Below, piece by piece: positions 42,682 through 51,941 of a DNA stretch of 64,000 bases. A program made the translations under genes and the position numbers. The notes under the pieces were generated by a model. That model was not told the DNA's origin and did not search any database. It saw nothing but the letters and a program-made list of their open reading frames with translations. The stretch is from Halobacteriales archaeon SW_8_68_21 (lineage in GTDB: Archaea; Halobacteriota; Halobacteria; Halobacteriales; Haloferacaceae): contig PXST01000010.1 in assembly GCA_003023405.1 (NCBI GenBank), positions 6,931 through 70,930 on the forward strand. The letters are read 5' to 3'. Numbering within the stretch: position 1 is the stretch's first letter; each line of letters starts with the position of its first letter.

Positions 42682-44395
42682 CCAGCGTCCGCGTCGCGAT
42701 GGCAGTGACCGCGCCGAGCCACGTCAGCAGGACGAAGTGGATGTAGCCGTTCGCGGGGTTGCCGCCGTCGATCCGGCGGATCATCTGCGAGGAGAGCGTC
42801 GCGTTGAACAGGACGACCGTGAGCAGCAGGTACTCGATGAGCGGGATGTCGTAGGCTCCGGGGTAGACGATCTGGCCGATGTCCATCTGTTCGAGCCCGA
42901 AGTCGGCGGTCAGGTCCGCCAGAATCGAGACGATCTCTAACCCGATGAAGAACGCGAACGTCGCCGCCGCCGTGATCCCGTACAGCAGCCCGATGAACGT
43001 CATCGCCGCCTGTCGCCGCTGTTCGCGGAGCTGGTTGGCGGCGTTCATGTTCTTCGAGATCAGCTCACCGAGCATCTTCGGGTCCCCGCCCATCCGGCGA
43101 CCGACGAGGTACATCTCGGAGAACTTCTGGATGAGGTACGAACGGGTGTCACGCGTGAACGCTCGCCACGCGCTTTCGGTGCTGATCCGCACGTTGAGCC
43201 GGCGGTAGAGCCGCCTGATCGATTCCGAGAGCTTGCCGAAGTTCTTGTCGCGGAGCGTGGTGAGCACGTCGGTCGTTGTCGACTGCTTCGCGCTCTCCGT
43301 CGCCCCGAGCGCGCGGACGAACGACGGGAACTCGCCGTCGCGGGCGGTGATCGCCCGCTCCTCCTGCCGGAGTACGACTCCGGTGACGATGAGCGGCGAG
43401 ACGGGGACCGCGAGGTACAGCGGCAGCCGGACATCGTCGAGGAAAAAGAGGAGTCCGGGCAGCCCCGGCCCGTACCCGAACATTCCGGCGGCCGTGATCC
43501 CGATGATTACGAACGAGAGCCCGCCGCCGCCGATCAGTGACGCCCACAGCTTCAGGTCGCCGGGGGCGCGCTCGTCGGGGTGGTACCAGATCGGGTCGTA
43601 CGGGGAGGTCGCGCGGATCATCGCGTAGAAGCCCAGTTGGACGAACACGAACAGCACGATGACGGCCGCGACCGTCGCAGTCGGGTCGTTGCCGGTGAGA
43701 ATCGGGAGGACGACCGCGAACACTAACGCGAACGTCATCGAGAGGATCATCGACATGTACAGGTCCTTCATCACCTCCAAGTTCGAGAGCGCGGACTCGT
43801 AGCGGGTCTCGTACTGCGCGAGCATGACGTCCTGCTCGGAGACGAGAAACTCCTCTAATGACTGGCCCGCGCCCATCGTGTAGCCGAGCCGGTCGAAGAA
43901 ATCGGCCATCACGTCGGAGGGGACCTCCTGTGCCCGGCGGCGACACGCGTCGTCGAGGCTCTGGTTCCACGTGTCGACGAGGTGGACGATGCGCCCGATC
44001 TCCTCGGCGGCGACGCCGTACTCCTCCTCTTTCGCCAGCGTCCGGAACACCTCCATGCGGTCGATGTTCGTCGTCGAAAGCACCGTCATATGCGTCATCA
44101 CGAGGTGGAGTTGGTTGTCGATCTTCGTCTCCAGACCAGAGAGGTAGATCTTCGGGTAGATGACGGCCGCGACCAACACGAGCGCGCCGAACATCGGGAT
44201 CGGGACCCGGGCGGCGATGTGGAGCGGGAGCGCGACCAGCCCGACGACGCTCGCGAGGAACACGAACACCGCCGGTACCAACACGAGACCGACGTACTTC
44301 CGCTTGGAGATGTCGAGCTTGTCGTACGACTCCATGACCTCGGAGGTCAGTCGGAGCGCGGTCGCCAGCCCGTCGCCCATCTCCTTTACCGCCAT
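42659..44395 (-). CDS. arlJ: Archaellum membrane platform protein ArlJ (FlaJ)
   Basis: 578-aa polytopic protein (TVLSTTNIDRMEVF, FFDRLGY, FPSFVRALG) downstream of arlI. Confidence 0.93.
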   Translation of the reverse strand: MAVKEMGDGLATALRLTSEVMESYDKLDISKRKYVGLVLVPAVFVFLASVVGLVALPLHIAARVPIPMFGALVLVAAVIYPKIYLSGLETKIDNQLHLVMTHMTVLSTTNIDRMEVFRTLAKEEEYGVAAEEIGRIVHLVDTWNQSLDDACRRRAQEVPSDVMADFFDRLGYTMGAGQSLEEFLVSEQDVMLAQYETRYESALSNLEVMKDLYMSMILSMTFALVFAVVLPILTGNDPTATVAAVIVLFVFVQLGFYAMIRATSPYDPIWYHPDERAPGDLKLWASLIGGGGLSFVIIGITAAGMFGYGPGLPGLLFFLDDVRLPLYLAVPVSPLIVTGVVLRQEERAITARDGEFPSFVRALGATESAKQSTTTDVLTTLRDKNFGKLSESIRRLYRRLNVRISTESAWRAFTRDTRSYLIQKFSEMYLVGRRMGGDPKMLGELISKNMNAANQLREQRRQAAMTFIGLLYGITAAATFAFFIGLEIVSILADLTADFGLEQMDIGQIVYPGAYDIPLIEYLLLTVVLFNATLSSQMIRRIDGGNPANGYIHFVLLTWLGAVTAIATRTLVNAILSI

Positions 44396-44458
44396 CTCAG
44401 TGCGTCCTCCTCGCGGTCGTCACAGTCGTCTCGGTCGTCGCGCGTCCCTTCATGATCG

Positions 44459-46132
44459 CTACCTCGTGTTCCGGTACATGTCGAAGGGAAGTCCCTCGAC
44501 GCCGTCGCGTTGGAAGGAGTTGATCGCATCGTTCACCTCGTGGTAACCCAAGATGCCCTCCTGGATCATGCGCTCAATGAGCTCCGCGCGGAAGTCGAGA
44601 TCGTCGTAGATGTCGCGGGTGTCGGCGTACCCCAGAAGCGTTGCGATCTGCTCTTCGAGCACGTAGGAGTTGTTCATCCCCTGGAAGACGATCTCGTCTT
44701 CGACGGGGTCCCAGCTGAACACCTCCCGGGTGACGACCCCCTCCATCTCCTTCGAGTACCCCTCGATCTCTTGGACGCTCGTCACCCGGCGCAGGACCTG
44801 GTCGCCCTGTTTCACGCGGTTCTGGAATAGCGCCACGTCAGCGTTGTCCATGAACGTCTCCGGGACGTTGATCGGCTCGGAGGTGAACCGCTGGATCATC
44901 GAGACGATGTCCGACGCGTGAAACGTCAGCATGATCGGGTGGCCCGTCTGGGCCGCCTGGAACGCCATGCGCCCCTCGGCACCACGGACCTCCCCGACGA
45001 TGATGTAGTCGGGGCGCGACCGCAGCGCGGCGGCGACCAAGTCGAACATGTCGACGTCCGAGGAGCCCTCGCCGCCGCCCTCGCGGGTCAGCAGCTGCTG
45101 CCACGTGCTGTGCGGCGGGATGACCTCGGCGGTGTCCTCCGCGGTGTAGATCTTCGAGTCGTCGGGGATATACGAGAGGATGGCGTTCAGCGTCGTCGTC
45201 TTCCCGGACGCCGTCTCCCCGACGACGAACACGGTCTGTTCGTTCTCCAAGCAGAGCCAGAGATACGCCGCCAGTTCCGGCGAGAGCGTCCCCCAGTTGG
45301 TGATCTGGTTGATCGACAGCGGCACCTCCTCGCCCTGCCGGATCGTGAGCGAGGACCCCTTCAGCGAGACGTCATCGGAGTAGATGATGTTGATACGCGA
45401 CCCGTCGGGCAGCGTAGAGTCGACGATGGGGTCGGAGTCGGAGAGGGGGTCGCCGATCCGCTCGCCCATGTTGCGCAGCCAGTTGTCGAACTCCTGTGGC
45501 GTGCCGAAGTCGACGGTCGTCTCCAGCATGCCGAAGGTGCCGTGATCGACGTGACACTCCTTGGGGCCGATGACGTGAATGTCCTCGTTGGCCGGGTCGC
45601 GCATCACCGGTTCCAGCGGGCCGAGTCCAACAATGTCGCGGTTGAGCCGGTACCGAATGTTCTCGTAGGTCTCCTCCGTTACCGACAGCTTCCTGAAGTT
45701 CTTCAGCTTCGAGAGTCCCTTCCGCCAGCCGCCCGCGGAGTCGTCGACGTGGGTCACCTCCGCTAGCAGTTCCTCGATGAGGTCGTCGTACTCCGCCTCG
45801 TTGTCCGGCGCGGTGTGCTGGCCACTGGCCGTGAGCAGCCGGTTTTTCACCTCGTTGAGCACCTCCACCTGCGGGCCGGTGACTTCCGGCTCGATGGCGT
45901 AGTACTTCGTGTCCTGCCCGAGGTCGCCGTAGATGTGGCTGTAGATGGGACCGCCAACGGGATAGATGACATTCGGGCGCTCGGACTCGTACTCGTCTTT
46001 CGGCTCCTCGATGAACTGCGGGAACTCCCCCGTGATCTGTTTGAACTCGCGGAGGTGTTCCCGGAGGTGGGGCCGCCGCATGGCAGCCTTCCGGAGCTCG
46101 TCGGACGGTTTGGCGGTGCCGTGTTCGGTCAT
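44459..46132 (-). CDS. arlI: Archaellum ATPase ArlI (FlaI)
   Basis: GETASGKTT, LRSRPDYIIVGEVRG and QTGH..TFHA. Confidence 0.95.
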   Translation of the reverse strand: MTEHGTAKPSDELRKAAMRRPHLREHLREFKQITGEFPQFIEEPKDEYESERPNVIYPVGGPIYSHIYGDLGQDTKYYAIEPEVTGPQVEVLNEVKNRLLTASGQHTAPDNEAEYDDLIEELLAEVTHVDDSAGGWRKGLSKLKNFRKLSVTEETYENIRYRLNRDIVGLGPLEPVMRDPANEDIHVIGPKECHVDHGTFGMLETTVDFGTPQEFDNWLRNMGERIGDPLSDSDPIVDSTLPDGSRINIIYSDDVSLKGSSLTIRQGEEVPLSINQITNWGTLSPELAAYLWLCLENEQTVFVVGETASGKTTTLNAILSYIPDDSKIYTAEDTAEVIPPHSTWQQLLTREGGGEGSSDVDMFDLVAAALRSRPDYIIVGEVRGAEGRMAFQAAQTGHPIMLTFHASDIVSMIQRFTSEPINVPETFMDNADVALFQNRVKQGDQVLRRVTSVQEIEGYSKEMEGVVTREVFSWDPVEDEIVFQGMNNSYVLEEQIATLLGYADTRDIYDDLDFRAELIERMIQEGILGYHEVNDAINSFQRDGVEGLPFDMYRNTR

Positions 46133-46203
46133 GTCCCACGCTGCGTCGCCGAGATGGTCGCGGTCCGGGCGCGCGGACCGACTGTGCGTCTACGGGTCAT
46201 GCG

Positions 46204-46953
46204 TCAGGCGACGCTGCGGCTCTCTATCACGATACCGGTTCCGGACCGGACCGAGAACCCGATCGTGTCGCCGACCTGCTCGCCCATGCCCGCGAACCGC
46301 TTGACGTTGATCTGTCGCCGGATGTTGTTGCCGACTTCGATCATCTCCAGTTCGAAGAACACGTCAGCGATAGAGCGGAACGGGCCGATCGCCTCGTCGT
46401 CGACCGCCGAGGGGTCGACGGTGAGCACCACCACCTTCCCCTGCGAGATGATCTCGCGGAAGAAGGAGATGATCTCCAGGGCGGCCTGTCGCTCCTCGTT
46501 TTTCCGGACCAGTGCCTCGAACGTGGGGTCGTTCCGGAAGATGGCGTCGAACGTGTCGAGGAAGACGACGTCGGAGTTCCACATCGCCTCGGCGTCCATC
46601 AGCCGCTTGAGCAGCTCCTTCCGCTCGCCGTCGCCGCCGGAGAACGCGCCGCCGGAGTCGAAGTCAGCGTGGAGGAAGAGCAGCTCCTCTTGTAAGAGCG
46701 GTTTCACCGTGTCGTACTCCAGCGAGTGCATCTGGTCGATGAACCCGCGGACGGTGAGTTCCGTCGACATCATCGTCACCGACGCGCCCTCCTGAACCAG
46801 CCCGTAGGCGAACCGCTGTGAGACGGCGCTTTTGCCGGCCCCGTAGTCGCCCTCCATGAGGACGATGCTGCCGCGCGGGATGCCGCCGCCCAGCTCCTTG
46901 TTCAGTCGGTCGCGCTCGCCGAGGCCCAAGGAGAGCAGGTTGTCGTGTGGCAT
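46204..46953 (-). CDS. arlH: Archaellum RecA-family ATP-binding protein ArlH (FlaH)
   Basis: LNKELGGGIPRGS, GDYGAGKS and FSVRSGTGIVIE. Confidence 0.94.
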   Translation of the reverse strand: MPHDNLLSLGLGERDRLNKELGGGIPRGSIVLMEGDYGAGKSAVSQRFAYGLVQEGASVTMMSTELTVRGFIDQMHSLEYDTVKPLLQEELLFLHADFDSGGAFSGGDGERKELLKRLMDAEAMWNSDVVFLDTFDAIFRNDPTFEALVRKNEERQAALEIISFFREIISQGKVVVLTVDPSAVDDEAIGPFRSIADVFFELEMIEVGNNIRRQINVKRFAGMGEQVGDTIGFSVRSGTGIVIESRSVA

Positions 46954-46954
46954 C

Positions 46955-47449
46955 TCAGTTCCCCCCCACGCGGAACTGGAACAGCTCCTCGTCGCCGTTC
47001 ACGGTGAGGAACACCCGGTGGTCGCCGTTGTCGAGGCCGTCAGTCGTCTCGCCGAACTCGTTCGCGTCGATCGTGAGCCGCACCACGTCGCCGCGGCTCC
47101 AGGCGTTCGCCCCGTCCACGGAGACGAGTTCGCCGGAGGTCGCGTCCGGGCGGACGAACTGCCCGTCGAGGACGACATCGAGGTCCGACCCGTCAGGCGC
47201 GAGCCGATACGTGCCGGTGTTTTTGACCAGCAGCGTCACGTTTTCGTCGCCGCTCGCGTTGTACACCCCCGCGTTGGCGTCGGAGATGATCGTCACGTCG
47301 GTCCGGAGCGTCTCTGTCGCGTCGAGACCGGCGTCCTCGACGGCCGCGCTCACGCGGTCGACGCCGGTGGTGATCGTGCCGACGACGCCGGCGGCGATCA
47401 CCAGACTCGCGATGAACAAGATCAGGTGTGAGACGGGGACGCTGGCCAT
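46955..47449 (-). CDS. arlG: ArlG (FlaG)
   Basis: MASVPVSHLILFIASL...VTIISD...LLVKNTG. Confidence 0.92.
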   Translation of the reverse strand: MASVPVSHLILFIASLVIAAGVVGTITTGVDRVSAAVEDAGLDATETLRTDVTIISDANAGVYNASGDENVTLLVKNTGTYRLAPDGSDLDVVLDGQFVRPDATSGELVSVDGANAWSRGDVVRLTIDANEFGETTDGLDNGDHRVFLTVNGDEELFQFRVGGN

Positions 47450-47923
47450 CTACGCGCTCACCTCCGTCACGGTCGCGGCGTCGCGCACGCCGGACTCGAC
47501 GACGAGGACGACGCGGGTGCCCTCCTCGATCGTCGTCGCCGTGTCGTTCTGTGCGACCTCGACGCGCAGCGTCTCGTCGCCGAGCCAGAGCGCGGTGTCG
47601 CCGTCACCGTCGACGGTCGTCGTCGCGTTCGGGCCGCCGACATCGACGTACTCGTTGCCGACGACCAGCGTCGCGTCGGCCACGACGAGACCGACCGACC
47701 CCTCGTTCGTGGCGTTGACGGTGAGGGTGTCCGTACCCGTGTCATCGGTCGCGTTCGTCACCGCGAACTCGGTGTTCTGCCGTTCGAGCGCGCGCTCGTT
47801 GATACCGTGTTGGGCGTCGGAGACGCGGTCGAATCCGTTGGCCGCCACGGGATAAAACGTCGTGAACGCGAAGAACAGCCCCGCGACGATGATGGCCGTG
47901 GACGCGGAGACGCTAACGCCCAT
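47450..47923 (-). CDS. arlF: ArlF (FlaF)
   Basis: MGVSVSASTAII...TVNATNEG...LWLGDE; lies upstream of arlG. Confidence 0.88.
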   Translation of the reverse strand: MGVSVSASTAIIVAGLFFAFTTFYPVAANGFDRVSDAQHGINERALERQNTEFAVTNATDDTGTDTLTVNATNEGSVGLVVADATLVVGNEYVDVGGPNATTTVDGDGDTALWLGDETLRVEVAQNDTATTIEEGTRVVLVVESGVRDAATVTEVSA

Positions 47924-49567
47924 CTCCCCACCCTCCCTCGGCCGGGTCGGCGCGGTCGGAACGGGGATTCGGGTCGTTCATCGGTCGCGTGGAACCGTTC
48001 CGGTCGGGCCGGTCCTCGCGGCGGTCGTCGCGGCGGTCCACGTCGGTCCGGGGTCGCGCGTCGCCGCGGTCCGCCGCGTCGTCGCGGTCCGCGCCGTTCG
48101 TTCGCCGATCGCGGCCGTCGGGCGCGTCGCCGAGCCCGGACGCGTCGTGACCGTTCCGCTCCGGTGTCGGCCGCTCGCCACGCCCGTCGTGGCCGTTGCG
48201 GTCGGTGCGGTTGGCGCGGCCGTTGCGGCCGGAGTCGGCCCGCCCGCCCCGCCGGCCGGTGTTCGCGGACGAGCCGGTCGGTGCCCGACCGGTCGACGAG
48301 GTTGCGGTCGATCGTACCGAACCCGGAGAGGAAGTCGCGGAGCCGCACCGCAGCGTCGGGACCGACCCACTCGATCCGCTCGTAGTAGTTGATTGCACGC
48401 ATCGCGTCGGTGACATCGCTCTCGGAGACGAGGAACTCCAGCCACTCCATCACGAGGAGGTCGCCGACGTAGTCACCGGGTAGTTCGGTGAGGTACGGCT
48501 TGCCGCGGCCGTTTCCGCCCGAGAGGTCGTCCTTGCCGACGTACTGAAAGCCCCCAGACATCTCGGCGGGGTCGGCGGCTGGTTCAGGGTCGGCCGGCTC
48601 CGGATCTGCCGGTTCGTCGAAGCCGTCGTCGGACTCGTCGAAGGAGTCGGTTTCGTCGCCGGGGTCGTCGAACGAATCGTCCCCGAATGGGCCGTCGTCC
48701 GCGGCGTCGTCGCCCTCCTCGGCCCACTCGGCCTCCCCGGATTCGTACTCTTCTTTCAGTTCGCTGAAACTCTTTCCATCGTCGTTCATATCGTCTCCGT
48801 CGTCCGCCGTTTCGGTCTCGGACGCGGCGTCGTCCGTGCTGTCGTCGTCCAGTTCCTCGAACTCCTCGTCGAAGTCGTCATCGAGGTCGTCGAACTCGTC
48901 TCCGTCGTCGAGATCCTCATCGAGGTCGTCGAACTCGGCGTCCTCGGCCTCGTCGTCGAACCCGTCCGACTCCTCCTCGTTGAGGAGGTCGTCGTCGAAG
49001 AATCCGTCGGCGTCCGCGTTCGCCACGTCTTCGTCGAGATCCTCTTCCTCGCCGCCTTCCTCGTCGTCGAAGATGCCGAACGACCCCTCGCCACCGCCGG
49101 CGACGCTGTCGAAGCCGCCGGAGTCGTCAACGAAGGGGTTGATGCCGCGCGTGACCATTTCGTAAATGTCGAGGAGGTTGCGGACATCCTCCTCGATGTC
49201 GTCGACCGCGGCGGAGATCTCCTCGTTCTCGGAGCGAACCGTCGAGACGGTCGAGGAGAGCGAGGCGACCTCGTTTTCCAGCTCGTCGAGCCGGTTCTCC
49301 AGCTCGTCGGTCGCGGCACCGCCGCCGCCACCGCCGTCGTCGAACTCGTCGTCCCACTCGTCCATGCCGTCGAAGTCGTCGAAGCCGTCGCCGCCATCGC
49401 CGCCGCCCATACCGCCCCCCATCCCGCCGCCGGTCATCCCGCCGCCGCCCACGTCGCCACCGAAGGGGTCATCGCTGCCGTCCATACCACCGGAACCGTC
49501 GTCGTCGGAGCGTGGCGACTGCCCAGGCGGCGGTTGGAGCTCCCCACACCGGTAGTTCGATGCCCAT
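47913..49567 (-). pseudogene. ArlCE/ArlCDE (FlaC/E-type) switch-complex protein with two apparent frameshifts
   Basis: Core frame has ELENRLDELE...LLDIYEMVTRGINPFVD and KPYLTELP...MEWLEFL...YYERIEWV. The ATG at 49567 (MGIELPVWG) is out of frame near 49510, and the apparent C-terminus (…GGWGDGR*, stop 47913) is out of frame near 48257. Confidence 0.72.
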
Positions 49568-49716
49568 TACTGTGTACGACCTACAGAAACCACTTCAATT
49601 CACTCCTCAAAATATCAACCGTGAGAAAGCACGTCGCGAGACGGAGATCGACCGACGTGAAGACTATAACGCAGAAACGCGGAGCGCAGGGAGTAGCGCA
49701 GACGGCCGAACGCCGG

Positions 49717-50280
49717 TCAGATCGCGCGCTCAAACCCGTCCGCGGCCCGGACGACGAGACGACCGTCGGGACCGAACCGGACCGTCCGGCCGACGGTGTC
49801 GCCGACGTCGCTGGCGACGATCGGAACGCCGGCCGCGTCGAGCACCTCGCCGACCCGCTCAACGTTCCGCGGACCGACCGCGTCGGTGAGATCGAGCATC
49901 TCGGCCCCGCCGGCGACCCGCGCCTCCAAGCGCCGCGGGTCGCCGCCGATCAGCGAGTCGATTCCGGCGTCGACGTACTTCGCGGGCCGCGAGACCGCAG
50001 TGGTCCGTCCCCCGCCCGCCGGCAACATGGCGTGAAGGAGCCCGCGAACGCCCGTCCGGTCGTCGACGAGCGCGACTGCGACACAGGAGCCGAGGCCGCT
50101 GGTCGTCAGCACCGCGTCGTCGTTCGTGACCGCGAGCTCGCCCACCCCAACTTTGATCCGGCCGCAGTCGTCGGCTCTCGGACCGCCCGTGACGACGGTC
50201 GGCTCCGCGTCGGCGACCGCGTCGCTCCCCGTCCGGTCTGCCGGGTCGTCCGGCCGATCGTCGGAGAGCGAGCGGGTCAC
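49717..50280 (-). CDS. cheD: Chemoreceptor deamidase CheD
   Basis: IKVGVGE, LTTSGLGSCVAV, LLHAMLP, AKYVD, VAGGAEM and VGPRNVE; GTG overlaps the cheC stop. Confidence 0.9.
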   Translation of the reverse strand: MTRSLSDDRPDDPADRTGSDAVADAEPTVVTGGPRADDCGRIKVGVGELAVTNDDAVLTTSGLGSCVAVALVDDRTGVRGLLHAMLPAGGGRTTAVSRPAKYVDAGIDSLIGGDPRRLEARVAGGAEMLDLTDAVGPRNVERVGEVLDAAGVPIVASDVGDTVGRTVRFGPDGRLVVRAADGFERAI

Positions 50281-51479
50281 GACTCCGAGAGCCGGTCGAG
50301 CGCCCGGGCCAGTTCGCGCTCGTCGGGGAGCGCGTACACGTCGCACCGCGCCTGGATCCCCTCGGTCCGGATCGCGGCGTCGATCACGAACCCATAGTCC
50401 TGCCGCTCGCTCAGCTTCGCGACGAGGGGGCTGATCGTCGACGCGCCGATGTCGTGGACGAACTCCGGCGGCGAGTGGGTGATCGTCGTGCCGAGCACGT
50501 CCGCCCAGCCGTCGATGAACCCGCTCGTCATCACGTTGCCGAGTTCACAGAGCGCGTTCTCGGCCATGTCGCCGAGCGGCTCGTCCGGGTCCATCGGTAA
50601 CATTGCGTCCGCGACGGCCGCCGCCGACGACTCCTCGAAGAGGATGGCGAGGTAACCGCTCGGCTGTCCCTGAAACTCGAACACCGTCCCCGCGTGCGGC
50701 TCGGTGCCGACTTCCGCGGGCACGTCGGCGAGCGGGACGAACCGAAGCCGACTCACGTCGACGCTCGTCTCCAGCCCGGTCATCATCGAGATGTTGTCGG
50801 CGGCGTTGGCCGACCCCTCCTTCGCCAGCGACGAGAACGTCGACAGCGACTCGTAGGGGACCGCCGTGCTGGTGGTGCCGTCGTTCGACGCCGTGCCGGA
50901 CGCGTCACCGGCCGCTGCCGCGGGAGCCGTCTTCCCGACGATGAGGTCGCGGAGTGGGCCCGAGTCGGGCAGCATGTAGATGGAGAAATCGAGGTCCGTC
51001 GTCGTCGCGTCCAGCCGGCTCTCGAAGAGAAAGACGCCGTCGCCGGCGAGCGCCCCGTCCGGCAGCACCGCCGCGCCGTCCGCCTCGAAGTACCGCGGCG
51101 GCGACATGTCGATCGCCTTCCCGAGGTAGTTCGCCCAGCCGTCGAGGAACCCGCCCAGCGCGATGTTGCCGACCTCCGTCACCGCGCTCCGCTCCATCGA
51201 CTCCCCGCCGGGCAGAAGCGAGAGCAGGGCGTCGGCGTTGACGGCGTCGAACGCGAGGACTGCCTCCCCGTCTAACCCACCGCGGAGCCCGACGCTCACG
51301 CCGATGGACTCCCGGCCCGCGAACGACTCCGCGAGGTCCTCGCCGCTGGCGACGCTCGCGCCCGTCACTTCGACCGCGAGGTCCGTTCCGGTGAGATCCG
51401 AGAGCGCGCCGGCAGCCTGTTTCGCCCCCTGCTCAGCGAGGCGGTTACACGCGCCGAGCGCGCGGACGTCGACCCGCAT
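50277..51479 (-). CDS. cheC: Chemotaxis phosphatase CheC (internally duplicated, 400 aa)
   Basis: SAVTEVGNI...GFLDGWAN and NALCELGNV...GFIDGWAD repeats. Confidence 0.9.
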   Translation of the reverse strand: MRVDVRALGACNRLAEQGAKQAAGALSDLTGTDLAVEVTGASVASGEDLAESFAGRESIGVSVGLRGGLDGEAVLAFDAVNADALLSLLPGGESMERSAVTEVGNIALGGFLDGWANYLGKAIDMSPPRYFEADGAAVLPDGALAGDGVFLFESRLDATTTDLDFSIYMLPDSGPLRDLIVGKTAPAAAAGDASGTASNDGTTSTAVPYESLSTFSSLAKEGSANAADNISMMTGLETSVDVSRLRFVPLADVPAEVGTEPHAGTVFEFQGQPSGYLAILFEESSAAAVADAMLPMDPDEPLGDMAENALCELGNVMTSGFIDGWADVLGTTITHSPPEFVHDIGASTISPLVAKLSERQDYGFVIDAAIRTEGIQARCDVYALPDERELARALDRLSES

Positions 51480-51835
51480 TATACCGCCGAGCCGATGGCG
51501 TCGAGTACGTTCGGCTTCTGGAACGGCTTCGTGATGTACCCCTCAGCGCCCGCCTTGATCGCCGCCTTCATCTTCTCCTCCTGCCCGACGCTTGTACACA
51601 TGATCACCGTCGCCTCCGGGTTCTCCTCTAAGATCTCCGTCGTCGCCTCAATTCCGTCGCGGATCGGCATCACGATGTCCATCATCACGAGGTCCGGTCC
51701 GTGCTCTTCGTAGATGTTGACCGCCTCGACGCCGTTCTCAGCCTCCCCGACGATCTCAAACTCCCCTTCGAGGATCTCTCGGAGGAGGTTCCGCATGAAC
51801 TCCGAGTCGTCGGCGATGAGTACCCGCGTAGCCAT
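51479..51835 (-). CDS. cheY: Chemotaxis response regulator CheY
   Basis: MATRVLIADDSEFMR...DLVMMDIVMP..DG...CTS...YITKPF; ATG at 51835. Confidence 0.95.
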   Translation of the reverse strand: MATRVLIADDSEFMRNLLREILEGEFEIVGEAENGVEAVNIYEEHGPDLVMMDIVMPIRDGIEATTEILEENPEATVIMCTSVGQEEKMKAAIKAGAEGYITKPFQKPNVLDAIGSAV

Positions 51836-51941
51836 TGTTGCCTGAAAGCGAGGAAAGCGATCACTTAATCGCTCCCCCGCGGTTCTCACGGTTGAGAACG
51901 GAATCAAGAGCGGCGGAGCGACGAAGGACCGATCCCGCGTC

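Noticed and set aside
48580-49485. Asp/Gly-rich low-complexity repeats in arlCDE and similar linkers in surface proteins
   Set aside because: Ordinary acidic linkers in haloarchaeal proteins, not independent DNA repeats.
49717-51835. Absence of cheA/B/R/W/F next to cheY-C-D
   Set aside because: These genes may lie outside the window, and split che clusters are plausible, so this cannot be judged here.
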